Below, piece after piece: positions 35,366 to 47,105 of a stretch of 64,000 bases of DNA. The notes under the pieces were generated by a model. That model searched no databases, was not told the origin of the DNA, and worked only from the letters and a program-made list of their open reading frames with translations. The DNA lies in NCBI RefSeq assembly GCF_055900595.2, contig NZ_CM148325.1; one strand, written 5' to 3'. The stretch's first letter is position 1, and every line of letters starts with the position of its first letter. The position numbers and the translations under genes are program-made.

Positions 35366-38001
35366 TGTTTTTCCTCACACCCTTTTCCTTGCGGACAGCC
35401 ATTTTCCGGCAGACGCGCGTTCTGCTCCAACCATGCCTGGAGATTATCGCCAAAGCGTAAACTGCGCCACAGGGTAAAAATATTCTCTTCATGATGGTAA
35501 TTAAGGTTTACCGTACCACTTTTACCGTCGACGCGACTGGTACCTGTAATATTGGCCTGCATGGTTAACACACCGAGATTATCTAAATTAATTTTTGTCG
35601 ATGAACGGCTAATTTCCATATAGCGCAACCAGTTAATCGCAGAACCCGCGGTCATATTGTCTTTCACCACCGCATCTGCGGTGTCTTTATCCAGCCGCAA
35701 GGTCATTGGTCCGCTATTTGCCAGCCAGCCGTCTTTAACTATCCATTTTTCATTGTTCAGCCATAAAGGCAATGCCCCACTAAATGCCCCGGACATGGCG
35801 AATTGTTTCGGATTGACGGCGCTAACCAGTTCGCTGGATGAGAGGTTATTCAGCCGCAACAGCGCCGGGTCATGTTGCGGCATGCGTAATTGTTTCATCA
35901 GCACGTTACCGCCTAACACATCGACGCTAACATCGGTCAACAACAATGGTTCGTCTTCACTCCACGGATAACGCCCTTGCAAGTCAGCCGTAATATTTTT
36001 CGCTGTCACCAGATTAATCACTTCGGCAATTCGCAACGTAACGGGGCCGCGAGTCCCCAGATGCCAGGCTCCATCGGCAAAACGGAAAGGCAGGACAAAA
36101 TCGACACCGTTGACCTGATTATCTGGCATCCAGGCACTACCGCCTTTCAACACACCGTGCCCTCCCGCGCGGAATCCTTGTTCAGGCGCAGCAGAAAATG
36201 CGACCTGGGCATATAGTTCGCCATCGCGTAAGTTCATCTTCCAGTCGGGTGGCACCAGCGGCTGGAATACGGTCAGTGATTGTTTAGGCCACCAGGCGTT
36301 ACCGCGCAGACGAATACCGTCCCAGCGACCATTTACCCGAACCGGGCCAATCTCACCAGCATGTAAATCGCCTTTAAAGAGGAAATACGTCGGATCGCGT
36401 CCATCGACGCTAAATTTTAAGGTTGATGGCGGTAACACACTGCCGCCAGTGAACAGCGTTTGCCCGGCGTCCAGTGACAGCGCGCCGCTAAAGGAGGGAT
36501 GCTGTGCGTCACGTACCCAGACGACGGGCTTGTCGAGAATCAATCGCGGCTTTTCTACCGTCATTGTCCCGTATTGCAATTTGTCAAAGCCGGTGGAGAG
36601 ATCGGTCAGCGTAATCGTGCTGTCACGCCACTCACCTTTTCCTGCGACATCCCAACTGGCGTGCATTGGGGTAAAACTGCCCTTGCCCCAGTAGCGCCAC
36701 TGCCAGCGGCCAGCGTCAGGGAGAAAATCATCCGCCAGTCCATCCATATGCAGCACGAAATCGCCCAGTTCATTTTCATGCGCCTGCAAAATGGCCTGCA
36801 AACGTCCGTCAACACCACGTTGAGTGACTTTTACACCCGCTAAAGGCCAGCGGATTTCATCGATGTCCAGCGAATCGATGACTCTTCCCTTCGAACGTAA
36901 TAACGCGCCTGGCTCAAAGGCCAGCGTTGGGTCAGTCAGACTTCCGCTTAGCTGCGCAGGTAAACGGGCATATAAAATGAGGTCCGCCTGTTTCGCTTCA
37001 CCGGTCAGTTGCATAGGCAGCTGGCTGTTATCCATGCTAAATTTTCCTGGGCCAAAATTAAGCACCGCGTTGCCCTTACCCGCTTGCCCCTGGGTCAGCA
37101 CACTCAGTCGTCCGCTGACCAGAGCATTCTCAAGCCCTGCCTGCCAGTTGTCGACTTTGACACCCAGTCGTCCACTCAAAGGAAAACCTGCATACGGCCA
37201 GCTCCAGCGACCATCGCTTACGGTCAATTGTTGGCGAGTAATTTGCCACGGCAGATCGAGCAACGGATCGCCGTTATCCCGTGCCAGCACAATCAATTGC
37301 CCGCTATTTTCCTGCCAGTCCAGCTCGGCATCCACCAGTGAAGGCTCCTGCGGCAAGTTTAACGTCGCAGTAGCATGACCCCTTACAGGAAGTCCATCCG
37401 GCACTAGCGGCATAGTAAATTCCCCCACCAGTTTAACCGGCGGCTGATTTTCAAACGCAGCGACATCCAGTTCGCTGACTGTAAGTTGTTGCCCTTTCAG
37501 CTGGCCTTGAAATTTAACTTTTTCGCCCTGATAACGCAGTTGCTGGATATCGGAGTTTAATGCGAGAGAGAGTTTTCCCTGCCATTCCTGCCAGGGAGAA
37601 AAAATCAGTTTATCGATATTGATCCAGGTGTTAGGCAACATGGCCTGCCACTGCGCGAGGGTTTTTGGAGCGGCTGGCGATTGCTCCGTCTGCGGCAATT
37701 TCGCCAGACAAGCAGAATCAAGTTCTACCGTGCCGACGTTCAATAACCAGCGGCTGGGATGAGAAAGGCTGGCGTTTGTGATATGTGCAAGCTGACAATC
37801 TCCTACCAGATAACGGAGATCGGGAATGATTAAACCTTTACGCGTAATGCGTGGGCTTTCATCTAAAGCAATACGTGTGCCGAGCGGTAGCCAGATGCCC
37901 GCCAGCGTGGGAACCCACAACCCGAGCGTCATCAGTAGCGTCAACGGCACAAGAATAATCAGTAATAACAGCGCGAGAACGGCTTTATATTTACCCAACA
38001 T
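35362..38001 (-). CDS. ydbH: AsmA-like family protein YdbH (putative envelope lipid transport)
   Basis: 879 aa, N-terminal membrane anchor, long beta-rich body; forms ydbH-ynbE-ydbL operon. Confidence 0.9.
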   Translation of the reverse strand: MLGKYKAVLALLLLIILVPLTLLMTLGLWVPTLAGIWLPLGTRIALDESPRITRKGLIIPDLRYLVGDCQLAHITNASLSHPSRWLLNVGTVELDSACLAKLPQTEQSPAAPKTLAQWQAMLPNTWINIDKLIFSPWQEWQGKLSLALNSDIQQLRYQGEKVKFQGQLKGQQLTVSELDVAAFENQPPVKLVGEFTMPLVPDGLPVRGHATATLNLPQEPSLVDAELDWQENSGQLIVLARDNGDPLLDLPWQITRQQLTVSDGRWSWPYAGFPLSGRLGVKVDNWQAGLENALVSGRLSVLTQGQAGKGNAVLNFGPGKFSMDNSQLPMQLTGEAKQADLILYARLPAQLSGSLTDPTLAFEPGALLRSKGRVIDSLDIDEIRWPLAGVKVTQRGVDGRLQAILQAHENELGDFVLHMDGLADDFLPDAGRWQWRYWGKGSFTPMHASWDVAGKGEWRDSTITLTDLSTGFDKLQYGTMTVEKPRLILDKPVVWVRDAQHPSFSGALSLDAGQTLFTGGSVLPPSTLKFSVDGRDPTYFLFKGDLHAGEIGPVRVNGRWDGIRLRGNAWWPKQSLTVFQPLVPPDWKMNLRDGELYAQVAFSAAPEQGFRAGGHGVLKGGSAWMPDNQVNGVDFVLPFRFADGAWHLGTRGPVTLRIAEVINLVTAKNITADLQGRYPWSEDEPLLLTDVSVDVLGGNVLMKQLRMPQHDPALLRLNNLSSSELVSAVNPKQFAMSGAFSGALPLWLNNEKWIVKDGWLANSGPMTLRLDKDTADAVVKDNMTAGSAINWLRYMEISRSSTKINLDNLGVLTMQANITGTSRVDGKSGTVNLNYHHEENIFTLWRSLRFGDNLQAWLEQNARLPENGCPQGKGCEEKQ

Positions 38002-38208
38002 GGGTAGTTAATATCCTGATTTAGCGAAAAATTAAGCATTCAATACGGGTATTGTGGCATGTTTAACCGTTCAGTTGAAGGTTGCGCCTACACTAAGCAT
38101 AGTTGTTGATGAATTTTTCAATATCGCCATAGCTTTCAATTATATTTGAAATTTTGTAAAATATTTTTAGTAGCTTAAATGTGATTCAACATCACTGGAG
38201 AAAGTCTT

Positions 38209-39198
38209 ATGAAACTCGCCGTTTATAGCACAAAACAGTACGACAAGAAGTACCTGCAACAGGTGAACGAGTCCTTTGGCTTTGAGCTGGAATTTTTTGA
38301 CTTTCTGCTGACGGAAAAAACCGCTAAAACGGCCAATGGCTGCGAAGCGGTATGTATTTTCGTAAACGATGACGGCAGCCGCCCGGTGCTGGAAGAACTG
38401 AAAAAGCACGGCGTTAAATATATCGCCCTGCGCTGTGCCGGTTTCAATAACGTCGACCTTGACGCAGCAAAAGAACTGGGGCTGAAAGTAGTCCGTGTTC
38501 CAGCCTATGATCCAGAAGCCGTTGCTGAACACGCCATCGGTATGATGATGACGCTGAACCGCCGTATCCATCGCGCATATCAGCGTACGCGTGACGCCAA
38601 CTTCTCTCTGGAAGGTCTGACCGGCTTTACCATGTATGGCAAAACGGCAGGCGTTATCGGTACTGGTAAAATCGGTGTGGCGATGCTGCGCATTCTCAAA
38701 GGTTTTGGTATGCGTCTGCTGGCGTTCGATCCGTATCCAAGTGCGGCGGCGCTGGAACTCGGTGTGGAGTATGTCGATCTGCCAACCCTGTTCTCTGAAT
38801 CAGACGTTATCTCTCTGCACTGCCCGCTGACACCGGAAAACTACCATCTGTTGAACGAAGCCGCCTTCGATCAGATGAAAAATGGCGTGATGATCGTCAA
38901 TACCAGTCGCGGTGCATTGATTGATTCTCAGGCGGCAATTGAAGCGCTGAAAAATCAGAAAATTGGTTCGTTGGGTATGGACGTGTATGAAAACGAACGC
39001 GATCTGTTCTTTGAAGATAAATCCAACGACGTAATCCAGGATGACGTATTCCGTCGACTGTCTGCCTGCCACAACGTGCTGTTTACCGGGCACCAGGCAT
39101 TCCTGACAGCAGAAGCTCTGACCAGTATTTCCCAAACTACCCTGCAAAACTTAAGCAATCTGGAAAAAGGCGAAACCTGCCCGAACGAACTGGTTTAA
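38209..39198 (+). CDS. ldhA: Fermentative D-lactate dehydrogenase LdhA
   Basis: 329 aa D-isomer 2-hydroxyacid dehydrogenase, NAD motif GVIGTGKIG. Confidence 0.95.
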   Translation: MKLAVYSTKQYDKKYLQQVNESFGFELEFFDFLLTEKTAKTANGCEAVCIFVNDDGSRPVLEELKKHGVKYIALRCAGFNNVDLDAAKELGLKVVRVPAYDPEAVAEHAIGMMMTLNRRIHRAYQRTRDANFSLEGLTGFTMYGKTAGVIGTGKIGVAMLRILKGFGMRLLAFDPYPSAAALELGVEYVDLPTLFSESDVISLHCPLTPENYHLLNEAAFDQMKNGVMIVNTSRGALIDSQAAIEALKNQKIGSLGMDVYENERDLFFEDKSNDVIQDDVFRRLSACHNVLFTGHQAFLTAEALTSISQTTLQNLSNLEKGETCPNELV

Positions 39199-39205
39199 TC
39201 TTGCC

Positions 39206-39233
39206 GCTCCCCTGTACGCCAGGGGAGCTTATT
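39206..39233 (+). terminator. Intrinsic terminator of ldhA
   Basis: GCTCCCCTG-tacgc-CAGGGGAGC hairpin followed by TTATT. Confidence 0.6.
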
Positions 39234-39308
39234 CAGATAATCCCCAAAGATATTTCATCCTCTATTCTTAAAATATTCCTCAGTCAGAAACCGTAATTGA
39301 GAACCACA

Positions 39309-39731
39309 ATGAAGAAAGTAGCCGCGCTTGTTGCGCTAAGCCTGCTGATGGCGGGATGTGTAAGTAATGACAAAATTGCTGTAACCCCAGAACAGCTACA
39401 GCATCATCGCTTTGTGCTGGAAAGCGTAAACGGTAAGCCCGTGACCAGCGATAAAAACCCGCCAGAAATCAGCTTTGGTGAAAAGATGATGATTTCCGGC
39501 AGCATGTGTAACCGCTTTAGCGGTGAAGGCAAACTGTCTAATGGTGAACTGACAGCCAAAGGGCTGGCAATGACCCGTATGATGTGCGCTAACCCGCAGC
39601 TTAATGAACTCGATAACACCATTAGCGAAATGCTGAAAGAAGGTGCACAAGTGGATCTGACCGCGAACCAGTTAACGCTGGCGACCGCGAAACAGACATT
39701 AACTTATAAGCTGGCGGATTTAATGAATTAA
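39309..39731 (+). CDS. hslJ: Heat-shock lipoprotein HslJ
   Basis: ORF 39297..39731; lipobox LMAGCVS; META domain; start taken as MKKVAALVALSLL at 39309. Confidence 0.9.
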   Translation: MKKVAALVALSLLMAGCVSNDKIAVTPEQLQHHRFVLESVNGKPVTSDKNPPEISFGEKMMISGSMCNRFSGEGKLSNGELTAKGLAMTRMMCANPQLNELDNTISEMLKEGAQVDLTANQLTLATAKQTLTYKLADLMN

Positions 39732-39994
39732 TAGCTGCCACAGCTCCCGGCGGCAAGTGACTGTTCGCTACAGCGTTTGCCGTTGGGTAATGCACACATC
39801 CCAATCGCCGTACCATCCAGTTGACGGGCAACAGAAAGCGAACCGCCGATCATTGCACAATTTGCTTCTCCACTACTGGACATCGACGCTTTTAAACCTG
39901 GCGCTACGTGCGCCGCAGTCGCCTGCTGAACAGGTTCACTACTACACGCCGACAATAATAAAGCGGCACACCCTACCCAAAACGCTGCTCGCAT
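39728..39994 (-). CDS. ydbJ: Small lipoprotein YdbJ (DUF333)
   Basis: 88 aa, signal/lipobox LLSACSS. Confidence 0.85.
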   Translation of the reverse strand: MRAAFWVGCAALLLSACSSEPVQQATAAHVAPGLKASMSSSGEANCAMIGGSLSVARQLDGTAIGMCALPNGKRCSEQSLAAGSCGSY

Positions 39995-40267
39995 CTTTTC
40001 TTCCTCTGATCTTCAAGCCAAACGACACCGCCATAAATAATAGGCAGCACAGAGGGCGGCGTCGAGAGCTGTCCTGCGCGTTGCCCCGCATTTTTACTTT
40101 TTTATGGCTATTTTTTTGCCCTCTGTTTGATCAAAACATTCATTACGCTGATGTGGGGGACACAAAAGCGAAAATGCAGAAGAAAGCCATTTGCTAAAAT
40201 TGAAAGATAACTACTGGGCGCGCAGCAATTTCGTGCGCCCCTCATTTGCGCAATGTAAGGGTGTCAT

Positions 40268-43200
40268 ATGATTACTATTGACGGTAATGGCGCGGTTGCT
40301 TCGGTGGCGTTTCGCACCAGTGAAGTTATCGCCATCTACCCTATTACCCCCAGTTCCACGATGGCAGAACAGGCTGATGCATGGGCCGGAAACGGCTTGA
40401 AAAACGTTTGGGGAGACACACCACGCGTGGTTGAAATGCAGTCGGAAGCGGGTGCTATCGCTACCGTGCATGGTGCTTTGCAAACTGGCGCCCTCTCAAC
40501 ATCGTTTACGTCATCGCAGGGTTTGCTGCTGATGATCCCAACGCTGTACAAACTGGCAGGCGAACTGACGCCGTTTGTCCTGCATGTTGCGGCTCGTACC
40601 GTTGCCACACATGCACTCTCTATTTTTGGCGATCATTCCGACGTCATGGCAGTGCGCCAGACGGGTTGCGCGATGTTGTGTGCAGCAAACGTCCAGGAGG
40701 CGCAAGACTTTGCTCTCATTTCGCACATTGCGACGCTGAAAAGTCGCGTGCCATTTATTCATTTCTTTGATGGTTTCCGCACCTCCCACGAGATCAATAA
40801 AATTGTCCCGCTGGCCGATGACACTATTCTTGAACTGATGCCGCAGGCAGAAATTGATGCTCATCGCGCCCGTGCACTCAACCCGGAACATCCGGTGATC
40901 CGCGGTACGTCCGCCAATCCTGACACTTATTTCCAGTCTCGCGAAGCCACCAACCCATGGTACAACGCAGTCTATGACCATGTTGAACAGGCGATGAATG
41001 ATTTCGCTGCCGCGACAGGTCGCCAGTATCAGCCGTTTGAGTATTACGGGCATCCACAAGCGGAACGGGTGATTATCCTGATGGGCTCTGCCATTGGCAC
41101 CTGTGAAGAAGTGGTTGATGAATTGCTAACCCGTGGCGAAAAAGTCGGCGTGCTGAAAGTTCGCCTGTACCGTCCCTTCTCCGCCAAACACTTACTGCAA
41201 GCGTTGCCGGACTCTGTTCGGACAGTGGCGGTGCTGGATCGCACCAAAGAGCCAGGTGCGCAAGCGGAACCCCTGTACCTGGATGTGATGACCGCACTGG
41301 CAGAAGCCTTTAATAATGGCGAGCGTGAAACCCTGCCCCGTGTCATTGGTGGGCGCTATGGTCTTTCATCCAAAGAATTTGGCCCGGACTGTGTACTGGC
41401 GGTATTTGCCGAGCTCAACGCAGCTAAACCGAAAGCGCGCTTTACGGTTGGTATTTACGATGATGTGACCAATCTGTCACTGCCGTTGCCGGAAAACACC
41501 CTGCCAAATTCGGCGAAACTGGAAGCCTTGTTTTATGGCCTTGGTAGTGATGGCAGCGTTTCCGCGACCAAAAACAATATCAAGATTATCGGTAATTCCA
41601 CGCCGTGGTACGCACAGGGCTATTTTGTTTACGACTCCAAAAAGGCGGGCGGCCTGACGGTTTCTCACCTTCGCGTGAGCGAGCAGCCGATTCGTTCCGC
41701 TTATCTCATTTCCCAGGCTGATTTTGTTGGCTGCCACCAGTTGCAGTTTATCGATAAATATCAGATGGCTGAACGTTTGAAACCTGGCGGCATTTTCCTG
41801 CTCAACACGCCGTACAGCGCAGATGAAGTATGGTCGCGCTTGCCGCAGGAAGTTCAGGCCGTGTTAAACCAGAAAAAAGCGCGCTTCTATGTGATTAACG
41901 CGGCGAAAATCGCCCGTGAATGTGGCCTGGCGGCCCGAATTAATACCGTCATGCAGATGGCTTTTTTCCATCTGACGCAAATTCTGCCTGGCGACAGCGC
42001 CCTGGCCGAATTGCAGGGCGCGATTGCCAAAAGCTACAGCAGCAAAGGCCAGGATCTGGTGGAACGCAACTGGCAGGCTCTGGCACTGGCGCGTGAATCC
42101 GTAGAAGAAGTTCCGCTGCAGCCGGTTAATCCGCACAGCGCCAATCGACCGCCTGTGGTTTCCGATGCTGCTCCTGATTTCGTGAAAACCGTAACCGCGG
42201 CGATGCTCGCCGGGCTTGGTGATGCCCTCCCCGTTTCGGCGCTGCCGCCAGACGGCACCTGGCCGATGGGCACCACGCGCTGGGAAAAACGCAATATTGC
42301 CGAAGAGATCCCCATCTGGAAAGAGGAACTCTGTACCCAATGTAACCACTGCGTTGCCGCTTGCCCACACTCAGCTATTCGCGCCAAAGTGGTGCCGCCT
42401 GAAGCAATGGAAAATGCCCCTGCCAGCCTGCATTCGCTGGATGTAAAATCGCGTGATATGCGCGGGCAGAAATATGTCTTGCAGGTAGCTCCGGAAGATT
42501 GCACCGGCTGTAACCTGTGCGTCGAAGTTTGCCCGGCGAAAGACCGTCAGGATCCAGAGATTAAAGCCATCAATATGATGTCGCGCCTGGAACATGTCGA
42601 GGAAGAGAAAATCAATTACGACTTCTTCCTGAATTTACCAGAAATCGATCGCAGCAAACTGGAACGTATTGATATTCGTACATCGCAACTGATTACACCG
42701 CTGTTTGAATATTCAGGTGCTTGCTCTGGTTGTGGCGAGACGCCGTATATTAAATTGCTGACTCAGCTCTATGGCGATCGGATGTTGATCGCTAACGCTA
42801 CGGGTTGTTCTTCAATTTATGGTGGTAACCTGCCCTCCACACCATATACCACTGATGCCAACGGTCGTGGACCGGCATGGGCGAACTCGCTGTTTGAAGA
42901 TAACGCCGAATTTGGCCTTGGTTTCCGCCTGACGGTCGATCAACACCGTGTCCGCGTGCTGCGTCTGCTGGATCAATTTGCCGATAAAATCCCGGCGGAA
43001 TTACTGACTGCGTTGAAATCAGACGCCACGCCAGAGGTTCGTCGTGAACAGGTTGCAGCTTTACGTCAGCAACTCAACGATGTTGCCGAAGCACATGAAC
43101 TGCTACGTGATGCAGATGCACTGGTGGAAAAATCAATCTGGCTGATTGGTGGCGATGGCTGGGCTTACGATATTGGCTTTGGCGGTCTGGATCATGTATT

Positions 43201-43792
43201 GAGTTTGACGGAAAACGTCAACATTCTGGTGCTGGATACGCAATGCTATTCCAACACCGGTGGTCAGGCGTCGAAAGCGACACCGCTGGGTGCAGTAACT
43301 AAATTTGGCGAGCACGGCAAACGTAAAGCGCGTAAAGATCTTGGCGTCAGTATGATGATGTACGGTCATGTTTATGTGGCGCAAATTTCTCTCGGCGCGC
43401 AGCTCAACCAGACAGTGAAAGCGATTCAGGAAGCAGAAGCGTATCCGGGACCATCGCTGATCATCGCTTATAGCCCGTGTGAAGAGCATGGTTACGATCT
43501 GGCACTCAGTCACGACCAGATGCGCCAACTCACTGCCACCGGCTTCTGGCCGCTATATCGCTTCGATCCACGTCGAGCCGATGAAGGCAAACTGCCGCTG
43601 GCGCTGGATTCACGCCCGCCGTCAGAAGCACTGGAAGAAACGTTACTTCACGAGCAGCGTTTCCGTCGTCTGAATTCGCAGCAGCCAGAAGTGGCAGAAC
43701 AGTTATGGAAAGATGCCGCAGCTGATTTGCAAAAACGCTATGACTTCCTGGCACAAATGGCCGGAAAAGCGGAAAAAAGCAACACCGATTAA
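40268..43792 (+). CDS. ydbK: Pyruvate:flavodoxin/ferredoxin oxidoreductase (NifJ-like) YdbK
   Basis: 1174 aa; TPP-binding domain and two 4Fe-4S ferredoxin motifs (CTQCNHCVAACP, CTGCNLCVEVCP). Confidence 0.95.
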   Translation: MITIDGNGAVASVAFRTSEVIAIYPITPSSTMAEQADAWAGNGLKNVWGDTPRVVEMQSEAGAIATVHGALQTGALSTSFTSSQGLLLMIPTLYKLAGELTPFVLHVAARTVATHALSIFGDHSDVMAVRQTGCAMLCAANVQEAQDFALISHIATLKSRVPFIHFFDGFRTSHEINKIVPLADDTILELMPQAEIDAHRARALNPEHPVIRGTSANPDTYFQSREATNPWYNAVYDHVEQAMNDFAAATGRQYQPFEYYGHPQAERVIILMGSAIGTCEEVVDELLTRGEKVGVLKVRLYRPFSAKHLLQALPDSVRTVAVLDRTKEPGAQAEPLYLDVMTALAEAFNNGERETLPRVIGGRYGLSSKEFGPDCVLAVFAELNAAKPKARFTVGIYDDVTNLSLPLPENTLPNSAKLEALFYGLGSDGSVSATKNNIKIIGNSTPWYAQGYFVYDSKKAGGLTVSHLRVSEQPIRSAYLISQADFVGCHQLQFIDKYQMAERLKPGGIFLLNTPYSADEVWSRLPQEVQAVLNQKKARFYVINAAKIARECGLAARINTVMQMAFFHLTQILPGDSALAELQGAIAKSYSSKGQDLVERNWQALALARESVEEVPLQPVNPHSANRPPVVSDAAPDFVKTVTAAMLAGLGDALPVSALPPDGTWPMGTTRWEKRNIAEEIPIWKEELCTQCNHCVAACPHSAIRAKVVPPEAMENAPASLHSLDVKSRDMRGQKYVLQVAPEDCTGCNLCVEVCPAKDRQDPEIKAINMMSRLEHVEEEKINYDFFLNLPEIDRSKLERIDIRTSQLITPLFEYSGACSGCGETPYIKLLTQLYGDRMLIANATGCSSIYGGNLPSTPYTTDANGRGPAWANSLFEDNAEFGLGFRLTVDQHRVRVLRLLDQFADKIPAELLTALKSDATPEVRREQVAALRQQLNDVAEAHELLRDADALVEKSIWLIGGDGWAYDIGFGGLDHVLSLTENVNILVLDTQCYSNTGGQASKATPLGAVTKFGEHGKRKARKDLGVSMMMYGHVYVAQISLGAQLNQTVKAIQEAEAYPGPSLIIAYSPCEEHGYDLALSHDQMRQLTATGFWPLYRFDPRRADEGKLPLALDSRPPSEALEETLLHEQRFRRLNSQQPEVAEQLWKDAAADLQKRYDFLAQMAGKAEKSNTD

Positions 43793-43821
43793 ATGCTCTG
43801 GATAAGGATAATCCAATTCTA

Positions 43822-43930
43822 AAAAAAAGCCCGGACGACTGTTCGGGCTTGTCTTTTTATATGTTGGAAAATCAGTGGCAATGCAATGGCCCAACAGAAA
43901 ATAAAATCTGTGACAATAAAGGCATATAAC
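43822..43930 (-). ncRNA. micC: MicC small RNA (represses ompC)
   Basis: Minus-strand GTTATATGCCTTTATTGTCACAGATTTTATTTTCTGTTGGGCC...AGCCCGAACAGTCGTCCGGGCTTTTTTTT; divergent from ompN. Confidence 0.85.
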
Positions 43931-44157
43931 CCGCGCAGAATAACGTATAGCAAATTAAAAGTATAATTTTTATTTTGTATGTATTATCTTCGATACATTC
44001 ACCAGGCTTATTATCATTTCAGAGGAATTATTTGATTAAGGTTTTACTTAAGGCGTAACAAATGATATTTATCGGCTAACTGAACTTCTCCTTTAGGATG
44101 TTTTCACTCCCCGAAATGGGGATAAAAGGCAAATAAAATAACTAAAGGATTTATTCA

Positions 44158-45291
44158 ATGAAAAGCAAAGTACTGGCACTTTTAATTCCTGCCCTGCTCG
44201 CCGCAGGTGCTGCACATGCAGCCGAAGTTTATAATAAAGACGGCAACAAATTTGATCTGTATGGCAAAGTTGATGGCCTGCATTATTTTTCTGATAATTC
44301 AGCGAAAGATGGCGACCAGAGCTATGCGCGTCTGGGTTTTAAAGGCGAAACCCAAATTAACGATCAACTTACTGGCTACGGTCAATGGGAATACAATATT
44401 CAGGCAAACAACACTGAATCTTCAAAAAACCAGTCATGGACCCGTCTGGCATTTGCCGGACTGAAATTTGCAGATTACGGTTCTTTCGATTACGGACGTA
44501 ATTATGGCGTAATGTACGACATCGAAGGCTGGACCGATATGCTGCCTGAATTTGGCGGTGACTCTTATACCAATGCAGACAACTTTATGACTGGTCGTGC
44601 CAATGGCGTCGCGACTTATCGTAACACTGATTTCTTCGGTCTGGTAAATGGTCTGAACTTCGCGGTGCAGTATCAAGGTAACAACGAAGGAGCCAGTAAT
44701 GGTCAGGAAGGCACCAACAACGGACGTGATGTTCGCCATGAAAACGGTGACGGCTGGGGTCTTTCCACAACATATGATTTAGGCATGGGCTTTAGCGCTG
44801 GTGCGGCATACACCTCTTCTGACCGCACCAATGACCAGGTTAACCATACTGCGGCTGGTGGTGATAAAGCAGACGCGTGGACTGCTGGGCTAAAATACGA
44901 TGCTAACAATATTTACCTGGCAACCATGTATTCAGAAACGCGTAATATGACCCCGTTTGGCGACAGCGATTATGCTGTTGCAAACAAAACCCAGAACTTT
45001 GAAGTCACTGCACAGTACCAGTTTGATTTTGGTCTGCGTCCGGCAGTCTCTTTCCTGATGTCTAAAGGCCGTGACCTGCACGCTGCCGGTGGTGCAGACA
45101 ACCCGGCAGGTGTTGATGATAAAGATCTGGTAAAATACGCCGATGTTGGCGCGACTTACTATTTCAACAAAAATATGTCCACCTACGTTGACTATAAAAT
45201 CAACCTGTTGGATGAAGATGACAGCTTCTACGCTGCCAACGGCATCTCTACCGATGATATTGTCGCTTTAGGTCTGGTTTATCAGTTCTAA
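44158..45291 (+). CDS. ompN: Outer membrane porin OmpN
   Basis: 377 aa general porin (OmpC/F family) with signal peptide and C-terminal ...LVYQF. Confidence 0.93.
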   Translation: MKSKVLALLIPALLAAGAAHAAEVYNKDGNKFDLYGKVDGLHYFSDNSAKDGDQSYARLGFKGETQINDQLTGYGQWEYNIQANNTESSKNQSWTRLAFAGLKFADYGSFDYGRNYGVMYDIEGWTDMLPEFGGDSYTNADNFMTGRANGVATYRNTDFFGLVNGLNFAVQYQGNNEGASNGQEGTNNGRDVRHENGDGWGLSTTYDLGMGFSAGAAYTSSDRTNDQVNHTAAGGDKADAWTAGLKYDANNIYLATMYSETRNMTPFGDSDYAVANKTQNFEVTAQYQFDFGLRPAVSFLMSKGRDLHAAGGADNPAGVDDKDLVKYADVGATYYFNKNMSTYVDYKINLLDEDDSFYAANGISTDDIVALGLVYQF

Positions 45292-45299
45292 ATCCTCCT

Positions 45300-45324
45300 G
45301 CCCGCTGTTATGGCGGGCTTTTTC
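45300..45324 (+). terminator. Intrinsic terminator of ompN
   Basis: GCCCGC-tgttatg-GCGGGC followed by TTTTT. Confidence 0.75.
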
Positions 45325-45350
45325 TGCTTATTCTTCCTCCTTTGATCTAA

Positions 45351-45866
<516 letters not shown>

Positions 45867-45873
45867 CACTAAC

Positions 45874-45898
45874 GCCCGCACATTGCTGCGGGCTTTTT
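45874..45898 (+). terminator. Intrinsic terminator of uspF
   Basis: GCCCGCA-cattgc-TGCGGGC followed by TTTTT. Confidence 0.75.
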
Positions 45899-46041
45899 GA
45901 TTCATTTCGCAAATGTGCTGACATTTTCCCCTCTAATCCGTACCATACACGCCACAGTTTTTATATCAGATTTCTTATGCTGGGCGTTCCGGCATGACGC
46001 ATACTCTTCTGATGCCATATAACGAATTGAGTCGCTTTTAA

Positions 46042-46977
46042 ATGTCGCAAAATCAAGAAATTAGTAAGAAAGAACAATACAACCTGAACAAATTACAAAA
46101 ACGTCTGCGTCGTAACGTGGGCGAAGCCATTGCTGACTTCAATATGATTGAAGAAGGCGATCGCATCATGGTTTGCCTCTCCGGGGGTAAAGACAGCTAT
46201 ACCATGCTGGAGATTCTGCGCAATTTGCAGCAAAGCGCTCCAATCAATTTTTCGCTGGTGGCTGTTAACCTCGATCAAAAGCAACCGGGCTTCCCGGAAC
46301 ACGTTCTGCCCGAGTATCTTGAAAAGCTGGGCATTGAGTACAAGATTGTGGAAGAGAACACTTACGGTATCGTGAAAGAGAAGATTCCGGAGGGCAAAAC
46401 CACTTGCTCACTGTGTTCTCGTCTTCGTCGCGGAATTCTTTACCGTACCGCAACGGAACTGGGAGCGACGAAGATCGCGCTGGGTCACCATCGTGACGAT
46501 ATCCTGCAAACGCTGTTCTTAAATATGTTCTATGGCGGCAAGATGAAAGGTATGCCACCGAAACTGATGAGCGATGATGGCAAACATATTGTGATTCGTC
46601 CGCTGGCCTACTGTCGCGAGAAAGATATTCAACGCTTTGCCGATGCAAAAGCGTTCCCGATTATTCCGTGCAACCTGTGCGGTTCACAGCCTAACCTGCA
46701 ACGTCAGGTGATTGCTGACATGTTGCGTGACTGGGATAAACGTTATCCGGGGCGTATCGAGACGATGTTCAGCGCGATGCAGAATGTGGTGCCGTCGCAT
46801 CTGTGCGATACCAACCTGTTCGATTTCAAAGGCATTACCCACGGTTCTGAAGTGGTTAACGGGGGTGATCTGGCGTTTGATCGCGAAGAGATCCCTCTAC
46901 AACCGGCGGGTTGGCAGCCTGAAGAAGATGAAAATCAGTTGGATGAGTTACGACTGAATGTGGTTGAAGTGAAATAA
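46042..46977 (+). CDS. ttcA: tRNA 2-thiocytidine(32) synthetase TtcA
   Basis: 311 aa, PP-loop SGGKDS and CxxC Fe-S motifs. Confidence 0.93.
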   Translation: MSQNQEISKKEQYNLNKLQKRLRRNVGEAIADFNMIEEGDRIMVCLSGGKDSYTMLEILRNLQQSAPINFSLVAVNLDQKQPGFPEHVLPEYLEKLGIEYKIVEENTYGIVKEKIPEGKTTCSLCSRLRRGILYRTATELGATKIALGHHRDDILQTLFLNMFYGGKMKGMPPKLMSDDGKHIVIRPLAYCREKDIQRFADAKAFPIIPCNLCGSQPNLQRQVIADMLRDWDKRYPGRIETMFSAMQNVVPSHLCDTNLFDFKGITHGSEVVNGGDLAFDREEIPLQPAGWQPEEDENQLDELRLNVVEVK

Positions 46978-47024
46978 CCCGGATAGCGCCCGATGCGCAA
47001 GCTTATCGGGCTACTCTTATGGAG

Positions 47025-47057
47025 GCCGGATAAGACGCGGCCAGCGTCGCATCCGGC
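47025..47057. repeat. REP element downstream of ttcA/dbpA
   Basis: GCCGGATAAGACGCGGCCAGCGTCGCATCCGGC palindromic unit. Confidence 0.65.
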
Positions 47058-47105
47058 AATCCCGAAGAAGATGTTTACTCTTGCACCCTGCGATTCAACA
47101 TTTCA

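Noticed and set aside
43822-43860. Hairpin after ydbK initially called as the ydbK terminator
   Set aside because: It is the terminator of the minus-strand MicC sRNA (it may still act bidirectionally on ydbK); annotated as part of micC instead.
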